This document shows, in pieces, positions 54,397 through 64,000 of a stretch of 64,000 nt of DNA. The notes beneath the pieces were generated by a model. It did not search any database, had not been told where the DNA came from, and saw nothing but the letters and a program-made list of their open reading frames with translations. The stretch's first letter is position 1. Each line of letters opens with the position of its first letter. Position numbers and translations under genes: made by a program. Origin of the DNA: Macrostomum lignano (lineage: Eukaryota); contig NIVC01000748.1 in NCBI GenBank assembly GCA_002269645.1, positions 128,601 to 192,600 on the forward strand, written 5' to 3'.

Positions 54397-54632
54397 ATAA
54401 TAATAATTGTTTTCAACTGCCCCAATTGGGACAGATGTGCAACCGACAGCTCAGCCGCAGCTATTGCGCGGCGCATCTGAAGGCTGCGTACGGCTGTTCA
54501 GTCCAAGGACTGGGGTGGGGGGGGGGTCGCCACACGCACCTTCGATTACTTCAGCCCCATTTTACAGCTGGGTGAACTGAAGCAAGGCAGAGTTAAGTGT
54601 CTTGCTCAAGGGCACAAATTGTTCCGAGTGAG
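54397..54632 (-). mobile_element. CORE-type SINE copy 2
   Basis: Reverse complement carries TGCCCTTGAGCAAGACACTTAACTCTGCCTTGCTTCAGTTCACCCAGCTGTAAAATGGG, the shared 3' region and an (ATT)n tail. Confidence 0.85.
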
Positions 54633-56526
54633 CTGGTAGTGGTATCCTTAATTTTTTCTACTGATCCTAACGAACCATCGCACTTTTTTATTTCAGCCAT
54701 CGTCAACAGCATTGAAGGCAAATTGTTAAACAATTCAAAGATCTGCTATACAAGATCAATTAAATTCGTCAATTGATAACCATCAACCGAAACAGAAGAC
54801 ACCGCATTTAGCAATATGTTTGTATGAATAGAGTTTGCTGTTTTACTTTGCTTTTTAACATCTGTAATCATGCATGTTTACTTTAGATGTTTTCAACGAA
54901 ATAAAGAAAGCACAAGCAACTTGAACCGGTATTTTCAGCTTATGTTAAAAAATTCACGCTCTAATCTTACTACTAACTAGAGTGATGTGCAGTAGTAGCA
55001 AAGGTTGAAACTGTATAGAAAAATTAACTTTTGTATCGCTCTGAACTGCTACCTCGTCTGGCTAAGGGAATTAAACTGTTTAATTCTTGCAGATTTTCTA
55101 CTTTAAACAAATTCGAATGTGCAGTGTAAAATTATGTTTTTTTGCAAAATTCGTTTACTTCCTTAACTGCCTGTTTTTCAACAATTGCAAAAATTATAAA
55201 TAAATACATACATATAGCTATGTAGCCATGGTTATTATGTACATACAAACTCCGTGATAAGTTTATTAAGAAGTAAATGGCTTTTGCGCGTGCATAATTA
55301 TTTGGGAATTTCACGGAGAACTCAAGTAGGACGCTATAAAACTCGACTTTCTTAGAAATGAGACCACAGATTATATTACCTAGATGGGCCACTCCAGCCG
55401 CCTTTCGGCAGCGCGAACACCTCGGGGGGTTTTGACCATAGACTATATAGCTTCTGCTACTCTCAAGACATTAGCAGCACCAGCTGGTGTCTGTGGCCCG
55501 AACCCCTGTGTTGTCGGGGTCTCGGAGAATGCTAGCTGGAATGAAACATCTAGATAGTATGTCTAGAATATGCGCTGAATGAGGTTTTGCCATGCCATAG
55601 ACATATTCTGTTTCTTAAGAGCATGCTAAATACACTAGCAATATAACATTAATATTACTTTTTGCGGGCATCAATGTAGAATTTTGAGGGCGCGTAACTT
55701 TGACTGGGGAGCTGACTTTTAAAGAAGTGCGGCCCAAAGACGCGCATTTTGCGCCCTCACAAACTATTCGAGTCTCATCTGCATTAGAGCCGGACTGCAT
55801 CGCTTCTTCTGTCTCAGTCGCCCAGAGATTAACATTAACATTAACTTCTGCTGTTATTTGTTTGCCTCTGTTTCACACTGTTGTTCTATTTCGCTCTATT
55901 ACTGAAATAGAAAATACCATAGACAATTCAAGGCACGAATTGCCACATTGACGCCCGGTAAAGGGACGCTTAAGCCCGCAAAAATTAATGACAATATGAC
56001 AAATACACGTTTCTTATGGCCCCGAGTAAGTGCATTAACGTTCTTACTTCAGCTAAAAGACAGGATTTTCAATTCCTTTTACCATTGGCCCTGTAGTATA
56101 CATGTAATATGTGTAATATGCCATTAAAACTTGACAAGGTTGGAATCCAAAGTAAGTATCAGTGTGTTGATCATAAAAACAATCCAAAATCATAACGTTT
56201 CTTTAATCACTTAACGTCGTGAACGCTGATGCAGTTGCAGATGCGTGAATTATAAAGAATTTATTGTCATTGCTTTACCAAGAAATTGTCACCTGTACAG
56301 AAAATTAACATGAAAACATTTTTTTATGCTAAATGTAATCTTTTAGACAAGATAAACACTAATTACAATATTATTAATAATTAAAACGGAATTGTAGAAA
56401 AGAGAAAATTCGTTATCAGAGAAATGATTCGCGCATTCAATTACAACTGTTACAGACAAATGCAAAACAAATTAAGCAGCTAGCTAATGCATGAAAAAAT
56501 AGGTAATTGTCTAACAAGCATGAATC

Positions 56527-56726
56527 ACCTGAAGGCTGCGTACGGCTGTTCAGTCCAAGGACTTGGGGGGGGGGTCGCCATACACACCCTCAATTACAGC
56601 TATTGCTGGCACCCATTTTACAGCTGGGTGAACTGAAGCAATGCAGAGTTAAGTGTCTTGCTCAAGGACACAAATTGTTCCGAGAGAGTCGTGAGTCCGA
56701 CGCTCTGACCACTAGGCTGCAACCCC
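56527..56726 (-). mobile_element. CORE-type SINE copy 3 (A-box head kept, B box deleted)
   Basis: Head GGGGTTGCAGCCTAGTGGTCAGAGCGTCGGACTCACGA followed by the same CORE-like block. Confidence 0.85.
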
Positions 56727-56820
56727 CTAATGCACATGCCTATTCTAACGTACATGTGAGTGGCATAAATCGACCACAACAGAAAAACTTCAGAGATTGG
56801 AACTGCTTATTCTAGAACTC

Positions 56821-59800
56821 TCATTCTTTCCCTCGAGAGCGGAACTGCGGATTCAAGGCCCAGTCCGGCGCACCGGCTGGCGGCATTCGTTGACTTCGCG
56901 TTGTCGAACTTAACGTCTGGACAGCATCGTCGACGGTCTGTCGCCTACTAGTCAGCTCGTCTCGTTGACGTTTGGTAGCTAATCGACGCAAGAACAGGTC
57001 GTCAAGACGACGCTTGATGTCGCGGACGCGGTCACTTTCCCAATAATGTCGACGGGCGCGCAGCCTTGGTCTACGACAGCTGCTGCTGCCGCTGTCTCCT
57101 GCCCCATTGGATCCGCTCTCCTCTTCCTCTTCATCCGACGTTGTAAACTCGCGAGTCAGCACTACGCCGTACTGCTCCATCTCTTCCGGCTGGAGGCTCG
57201 ATATGATTTCCTCGAATGCCTTTTGACGTCGAGCCAATTTCTGCGTTGGTGAATTTTGAGTGACGTTATATTTTTTCTCTTTGTTCAAGTTGCGACCAAG
57301 GAAGACTTGATTGGGACGGGAAACTTCGTTTCTAAGAAAAATAGACTACGGAGATACAGTCCCATTTTTTTCATTGTTTAGTTTAAAACATGGTTACCCA
57401 AAAATAGAAAAAAAATTGTATTGGATAAATCCCTTGCTTTTACAAAAAAATGCTTTACAGAACATGAAAATTTTCAATTTTTTCAAAGAAAACAGGATTC
57501 CCGCAAGTCGGGGTTTTCAAAGGAAATGCGTCTTTAAATGATTTGATAAAACGATTTGAGTAGCTTATCTATAAAGAGGAAGTCTGCAGACTGGAGTCTA
57601 TCAAGGTTAGGGTACAGAATACGGATGTTGTTATTTGATTTTGAAAATTTTTAGACCGATGCCAGTTGGTATCCTGGTTTTCAATTTTGACCTCCTGAAT
57701 TTTGACAATTTTGACGCTTTAGAAGGCACAGGAAAATAAATGTAAAGATAAACATAGATTAACTTTTTTTCCAACGCGTTTTGGTCCGACATCAGTCATC
57801 TTCAGGGTCTTTGATGTATTTTCACTCACGCAACAACCTTTCATAATAAATAAATAAAAGTCGGTCGGTCAATACGTTACCAGAAATCAAATTTGAATTC
57901 TCAGCTTTCTCACAGTGGTGTCGGCCATTTGCTCAAGGTATTCTAAGTGAAGGCACAAACCCGATCAATGTACTCGCAATCTCCATACTTTGCTCACTTA
58001 CCTTGAACATTCTGCCCCTGATATGACCTTGGACTGTAAAGTAAACGCCAGTTCTCTATTTATTTCTTATGAAAGGTTGTTGCGTGAGTGAAAATACATC
58101 AAAGACCCTGAAGATGACTGTTGTCGGACCGAAACGCGTTGGAAAAAGTTATATGTTGATCTGCCTACGTGGCAACGCAGAAAATACAATTGTGTTTTGC
58201 ATGTATACTCAGCAACATCTCTCAACTCAGCTACGCCGCGGCAGACTTGAGTTGAGGAATGAAGTGGGGGAGCGGTGTGCGAGGGTTGGACGGATATTAA
58301 AGCTACCCCGATCAGTTTTCTCGTATCTTTCATTTAAGAATAGTCCAAAAGGAACTGCTTACTGGCGCAGAGAGTGGCGACTTTGCAATGTTGCTGAATA
58401 TATACCAATGGGTGCCGCAGAGAATTGCTATCTTTCAGCTTGACCCTCAGTGGGTTCTCACTGCCGATATGGACCGATTCGGTCCAAGAGAAATCCAAGT
58501 TAAAACACGTTTACGGAAATAGCAAGCAACTACCTTCAGTGGCTTCATCTCGTATTGACAATTATTTACATTATGAGGTGATAAAAAAAACGATTCCGAA
58601 TAGACTTGACATCCTTTCTTTTTTTATTAGAGGCAGGGGGGTTGTGTGCACCCTGGCGCACTTTAAGCGACATGGGCACACAACCGGCGAGAGGCATTAC
58701 TGCCCATTCCGCCGACTCCCCTGAGCAGGCATACAAGCGCGCGGATACGTACGCAGGCACACACTCACACAGGAGTGTACAGCGGCCCTAACTTTATTTT
58801 ATCGTTAGGCATGTACACTTCACTGCGCCTTGGGGGGTTGGCTCTCAAGGCCGTTAATTGCACGAGCAGAGCCAAGCCGAGATTCCAATTCAGCCCCAAA
58901 TTAATGTGACTGCACTTGGAATCGAGCCTGGGTCGCTGGCACACCAGAGCAGCTGCGCTACCGCTGGGCTACGCCCCCCCTGACATCCTTTCTTTACTTA
59001 CCTGCTGCTTCCAGCGAGTCCGAGTGTAGCTTTTCTTATTTTTCAATCGATACGGGCCGAAAACGTTGAAAATTGACGAGCGCAGAATGGCTACAGAAAA
59101 AATATGAAATTGATAATTAAAAAAAAGAGATACAATATTTGCTTCAGAGGTGACTTGAACTTGGAATATTGGGAGCTTACACATCAGATCGTCTTTACTA
59201 ATACCGAGAGTGCCAGCCGTGCGACTAGCAGTCACACGGAGCACTCTTTCAGCTACTGACTGGTTGGTCTCGTGTTCGAATCTGTAAAACAATGTAACAG
59301 TGTCCCAGTGTACAACAAAATATGGACTGGCCGCACCAATAGTTTTACGTCTACAAGTCACTCTAATCGTCTTGATATTTTTATAAAATATAGTTTACGC
59401 ATTCTATAAAGCAAGTATGCCTAATGCTACGCCTAATTTCAGAGATTTTAGTCCGCATATGGCGATCTCACGGTTTCGAAAAATCAAACGGATGCAAACT
59501 GCTGCCCTTGATGGACTGGTAGCTGTCCTTCAGTGCTGCCTGCAAGAGGAAATAAGGCGGATTACTGCACACGCTTGAGCTTGAGATTAAAATGGAGCTG
59601 TTACTTAATTTATTTTTCTATCTACCATCTCTCCTGTCGACAAGATTAAAAAAGGCCAATCACCTCAGCCCTCGTTCTGGCTTCAGACGCACTACTATCC
59701 TCAGCAGCGGCATTCGAAGTTGTAGCTTCATTAAGCTCATCAACTATTAAACAGTCGTCCGAATATTCGCTAGCATAATCCATATTGCTGTCTTGTTGAG

Positions 59801-60194
59801 CAAACTGACAATCAGACGGCATAGTGGCAGCTTTCAACGAAGACTTTGACTCAGTTTTGACAGCAACGGTAGTAGACAAATAGTTCGATTTCTTATCAAC
59901 CGTTGAGTCCGATACCTGCTGGCTTGTAGCGGCAGGTTCTTTCGCTGGTTCATTCGGATCAAAGCATGTTTTATAAGCATTGGCCAGACGGCAAGCGTCG
60001 CCTACTGAAGGCTCCATCACATCTACAATGCGACCGTGAAGGGTCGAGAGAAAGCGGAGCGCCAGCACCAAGTCTGTTGGCGGCATCGAGTCGACAAGCA
60101 TGCCGGCGTTGGCCAGAGTGCATTCAAACAGGTGCAACGGACTGAAGCCGCTTTCCAATGAGACGTTGCTAGTGGCGTCCACTGCGACAGACAT
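56821..60194 (-). CDS. Uncharacterised ~402 aa protein with a C14orf93/DUF4616-like C-terminal region; exons 60194-59664, 59539-59472, 59281-59181, 59090-59002, 57240-56821
   Basis: Four GT-AG introns with matching phases (0,2,1,0) join three track ORFs and a 68-nt exon into one frame. The pattern F.F..PF....N..V...L ... KLARRQKAF ... SDEEEE ... WES.RV..IK..LD ... S.R.PP..AP.WA resembles C14orf93-like proteins (recalled family pattern, not a database hit). Confidence 0.7.
57761..58150. mobile_element. Penelope-like (PLE) inverted terminal repeat pair with minimal hammerhead ribozyme cores
   Basis: ~97-bp near-perfect inverted repeat (57761-57860 / 58054-58150). The + arm contains CTGAAGA (58108-58114) ... 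GAAAC-GC-GTT (58131-58140), the layout of minimal PLE hammerheads. Confidence 0.7.
58622..58980 (-). mobile_element. tRNA-derived SINE, full length (359 bp), with a 15-bp TSD
   Basis: Head GGGGGGGCGTAGCCCAGCGGTAGCGC (A box) ... GGCTCGATTCC (B box); tail TAATAAAAAAA; TGACATCCTTTCTTT at 58607-58621 and 58981-58995. Confidence 0.85.
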
Positions 60195-60254
60195 GCTTGA
60201 AAATTCAATAATTTTGCAGCAATATGAAATGTAGCTTTTGCTTTACAAATATCT

Positions 60255-60427
60255 TACTGACTGACTGACTGCCTGGCTGGGACTGACTGACTGACTGACT
60301 GACTGGCTGACTGACTGACTGACTGACTGACTGACTGGCTGGGACTGACTGACTGGCTGGGACTGGCTGACTGACTGACTGACTGACTGACTGACTGACT
60401 GACTGACTGACTGACTTGAGTGAGTGG

Positions 60428-60460
<33 letters not shown>
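60255..60460. repeat. (GACT)n microsatellite between the DPP3 stop and the downstream gene
   Basis: Direct repetition. Confidence 0.95.
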
Positions 60461-60628
60461 ACAAATAACCAACAAAAAATAAGTCCATTTTTGTCAAAAA
60501 ACGTTTTCGTAATTAATTTATGCGACTAACAAAAGCTCAAAAGGTAAATAGAAGAAGACACTGTAAAGGCATAAAGCTAGCAAACAAAAATGGGAATTGG
60601 TTTCATTGTCTCCTACGCCAAACACATT

Positions 60629-62007
60629 TTAAGACACTGCTAAGTCCAGCTTCATGAGAGGCAGGTCTCGCTCCCACTGCTGCCACAGAGCCTCCTCGAT
60701 CCTCCCCCAGTCTTCGTCGCTGAACCGGTCGCGGAATGACCGAATCATCTCGGCTGGTCCGTCCGAGTACTCAACAATGCTCACACTGCCGGCTGAGTCC
60801 ATGCTCAAGTTGGCCTGAATGAACACGCGCCTCGGTTTGCGCCGAGCAATCACGATGTCGCGCAGACGCTGGAAGTAGGCGTCAACGGTTGAGTAGGACT
60901 CAAAGAATGCCCGACCGGCCTCCACACTGCAGGTGGACTTGAAGCTCTGCAGGCGATTCAGGAACTCGCCAATGGTCGGCTTGGCCACGCTGGAGATCTT
61001 GGAGCGGTCCAGGCGGACAGTCAGGTCTGGCTTGCCGTCCTCGCCCGTGATTTCGTCAATGGTGACCAGGCCCTGTGATTGTTCGGCAAGGAGATTAGGA
61101 GATTTGCATAATTTGAAGGGAAATTTAAACACGTTGACTGCTTCCTTAAAGTAAAATGGATCTAAACCGAAGCCTACTAAATAGGAATTTACGAGCACCT
61201 GAGATGAGAGTAGAGAACTCTGCATAGCTAAGTCACCACTTACTGCAGCTAATGCTTTCGAGAGTGGCACGCTAAGAAGACATGAAATCCTCTAGTATAG
61301 ATTGTCGGGTAATGGTTTCAAAACTAAGCTCTCTGGCGCAGAGACGGATGCTCTAGAGAAAAAATTGTGCATTTTCTTATTCTTGAAAAAAGTCAAGGAA
61401 TATCAAGGCCAGAGATTTCTCAATTTGGCAATGCGATGTCGCACCTTCGACAAAGGTCGTACCGGTTTCCAAAGTCCAATTAAAAGTGGCAACAAAATTA
61501 GGAACGGAATTACATGCAAGTCAAATAGGCTATATAACTTTTTACCTTTTAAAAGGTAACATTAAAGGTAAGATGGCAGAAACTCACCTGTCCAGCCTCC
61601 AGCATCACGCGGAGCATAACAAATGCCGCCTGACTGTGCGCCTGACGCCAGGTGCCGCCATTCTCAGGTGAGTACATCTCTAACGAGGCCACCCCGGCCC
61701 TGGCCATGCACAGCCAGTTCACGTAGATCACCTCGTCGGCCTCTGCTTTGTCCGGATGGCCGAACACGGCCAGCACTTCGGGCACGTCGCACAGGTAAAC
61801 GCCAACGCACTCGGCGCGGCACTCTTCAAAAGCCGACGCCAGATTGCTAAATTTGCCATCCCAGGTTTCGCCGACTTTGTACCAGCTGGCAACCGGCTTG
61901 CCAGTGACCAGATCTACCACCGAGCTCCGGTCGAAGTTGAACTTGCCGTCAGAGTCCTGCTTGAACAGCTTGCCGCTGCCGTGGCCAAGGAGTTCGTGCA
62001 GGCCTAC
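60629..62007 (-). CDS. DPP3: Dipeptidyl peptidase III, last two exons (62007-61588, 61072-60629); upstream exons not found in the window
   Basis: Zinc motif HELLGHGSG and EECRAE; WRQAHSQA; LDRSKI..V.KP; KST; phase-0 GT-AG intron 61587-61073. Confidence 0.95.
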
Positions 62008-62098
62008 CTGTGTTGGGCACAGGTGAGAGAAGACACAATTGAATCTCACTACAAGATGGCCAGGTGTGGCAACCAATATCACAACGGATAAAACGGAT

Positions 62099-62285
62099 AA
62101 CTTGAGCAAGACACTTACTTCTGCATTGCTTCAGTTCACCGAGCTTTAAAATGGGTGCCAGCTTTAGCTGGGGTAATTGAGGCTGCGTGGCGACCCCCCC
62201 CCCTCCAGTCCATGGACTGGACAGCCGTAGCAATAGCAATAGCTGCGGCTGAGCTGTCGGTTGCACATCTTATTATATTATTATC
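62099..62285 (+). mobile_element. CORE-type SINE copy 4 in a DPP3 intron
   Basis: CTTGAGCAAGACACTTACTTCTGCATTGCTTCAGTTCACCGAGCTTTAAAATGGG plus the shared 3' region and an ATT tail. Confidence 0.85.
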
Positions 62286-62679
62286 ACTGGAAATTGATAA
62301 CCAGTGACAGTGACTTGCTGTCCAAGTGCAGTTGGAACTTTTATATAAGCTCCCCGTGATAAATTTGAACGGGAAATCTCGGATACAGTTTCAAATTTTA
62401 AAAACCTTACTGCATAAAATAAAGTATTTTACCCAACGATTCGGGATGACCGAGAAATATTCAATGATAACAGTATTCCTTTTTGCGGCCTAGTTGGTAC
62501 TGCAAGCTTTCAATTTAATCATAGATACGGAAATCAGACTTGCGAGACTGAAAATTTTCTGTCTATGGTCGACACTCGCTGGCATAGCGGATTTCAATTT
62601 AATCTTGGGGGCATCAATTTGATCATTCTATGCATTCAATGCACATTTTTACTGTTAGCGAAACCTGTTTTTAACTTGT

Positions 62680-63125
62680 TTTTACATCATATGATTTTCG
62701 GAGAGACTATGAAGGCAGTCAGGTTCCAGACGTTCATCAATGATCTGGTGCAAAGCGTGACGAGTCGTGGTGATGTACCTGATGGCGAGGAGTCTGTGTG
62801 ATCATGGATGACGCCCGTTTTCATCATGGAGTGACAATCCCAGATCAATCTCAGCCCGCTTGGCGCCTGGTGACATTGCCTCCATATTCGCCATTCCTCA
62901 ATCCTGTGAAGAACGCGCACGCCTGCCTGAAGGCAGCCATCAAAAGCCAACTGGCTCAACCACAACTGCAAGAGAGCTGGACACTCCGCCTGATGGTCAT
63001 TCGCTACGAGAGTGGCGAATCCTTGTCCTACAGAGGGCTGCAGAGGACGCAACCCGTGAAGTGACCGTTGCAAAATGCGGATGCTGGTACCGGCAGATGC
63101 TGAGGTTTATTCCAGCCTGACTCGA
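62680..63125 (+). mobile_element. Degenerate IS630/Tc1-type (DDE_3) transposase fragment in a DPP3 intron
   Basis: FQTFINDL...IMDDARFH...LPPYSPFLNPVK...LKAAIK across frameshifts; the catalytic E of the NPIE motif reads K. Confidence 0.75.
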
Positions 63126-63228
63126 CGACATCGGATGCTAAAGCTTTTATTTGTTTATTGTATTGTTCTGTTTTTTTATTTTCTCAACGATAAGTAAACG
63201 ACTTGTGTTATAGCACTGGATATTATAT

Positions 63229-63315
63229 TAATATAGACTGGCTGTTGAGGACTGAAATGAACTGAAACGCCGAGGCTTTTCAGTTCATTTCAGTCCGAAC
63301 AGCCAGTCCATATTA
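63229..63315. other. 87-nt near-perfect hairpin (tiny MITE or small-RNA precursor)
   Basis: TAATATAGACTGGCTGTTGAGGACTGAAATGAACTGAAA pairs with TTTCAGTTCATTTCAGTCCGAACAGCCAGTCCATATTA around a ~10-nt loop. Confidence 0.8.
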
Positions 63316-63534
63316 GTGTTATGGGTAGGCTGAAGCGCGGACGCACAACGCGGTTTCACGTCCACAGAAACTGTCTATGGTTGAAAAAGCTTTAGCTATA
63401 TGCTTCGTGGCGGTTTCGCAGTCCGCGGAGACTGTCTATGGTTGAAACCCAGAAGCATTCTTCTCTTGGTGGGTTGGAGAGAAAATAAGATTTAAACAGC
63501 TTTAAGGTTCGGAATTAGCCATGTTTCACTGGGA

Positions 63535-64000
63535 ATGTGTGGTGGTGTGGAGAAGACAGTAACGGCGGACGACCCAACCACACGAAAGTCGATCATTTTG
63601 GCCGAAACGCCGACTGACCCAAATACGTGTCCGGTTCGTGCGATGGAGATGTACCTAGCAAAAATACCAGATGACGTCGGTTGTCTGTGGCCTAAACCGC
63701 TGGAACGAGGGTTTTCCATGGAAGGTTTCTGGTATCACAAGAGCCTTGTACTCGGCAAACACTGGCTTAATGAGTTCATGAAGAAATTGTGTGAGCTGGC
63801 GGGACTGAGCAATCGTGCGCACACCAATCATTGCATACGCGCCTCCGTTGTAACCAACTTAATGGAGGATGGCGTCAGCGTTTCCGAGATTCAAGCCGTG
63901 ACCGGTCACGAACGAGCGGAGGCGTTGAACATTACAACAAGAGATTGAAGTTCTCCAAAAATCAACCTATCCTGAGCAATCATGGTGCGACTCTCTGGCA
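63535..64000 (+). pseudogene. Crypton/DUF3504-type tyrosine recombinase, C-terminal remnant
   Basis: CPVRAMEMYLAKIP, WY...LGKHWLNEFM...AGL...HTNHCIRAS...VTGH. The nucleophile Tyr (TAC after TTG AAC AT) lies in another frame, consistent with a 1-nt deletion. The N-terminal catalytic Arg region was not found. Confidence 0.75.

Noticed and set aside
58283-58521. Protein-like open frame (QFSRIFHLRIVQKELLTGAESGDFAMLLNIYQWVPQR...) next to the PLE-like repeat
   Set aside because: No start, no clear splice sites and no recognisable GIY-YIG or RT motif; cannot be supported as a gene.
58900-58980. tRNA gene on the minus strand
   Set aside because: A and B boxes are present, but acceptor and anticodon stems do not close and it heads a 359-bp element with an A tail and TSD, so it is a SINE.

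Overview
Eukaryotic (animal) genomic DNA, not prokaryotic: spliced genes with GT-AG introns sit in a very dense landscape of micro- and minisatellites. The style suggests a free-living flatworm such as Macrostomum, which is an inference only. Five genes could be reconstructed by hand with consistent exon phases. On + are a USP4/11/15-family deubiquitinase (7 exons, 18141-26232), PGAM5 (3 exons, 30210-32003) and a Src42A/FRK-like tyrosine kinase (37053-53940/54204, with a 12.9 kb intron inside the SH2 domain). On - are the 3' end of dipeptidyl peptidase III (62007-60629) and, 434 nt downstream of it, a 5-exon, ~402 aa gene with a C14orf93/DUF4616-like C-terminus (60194-56821). Mobile DNA: a dead DD34D mariner with perfect TIRs, an IS630/Tc1 fragment, a Crypton-type tyrosine recombinase remnant, MITEs, a nested element with an 8-bp TSD, a CORE-type SINE family, a young tRNA-derived SINE with a 15-bp TSD, and a Penelope-like inverted repeat carrying a minimal hammerhead ribozyme core. 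Most long ORFs in the supplied track are artefacts of tandem repeats. No rRNA, CRISPR array or convincing tRNA gene was seen. Highlights: (i) every intron of the + strand genes that is flanked by confident exons holds its own tandem array, often carrying decoy splice signals; (ii) candidate trans-spliced operons; (iii) the hammerhead copy on the host-gene sense strand has its catalytic G12 mutated while the antisense copy is intact.
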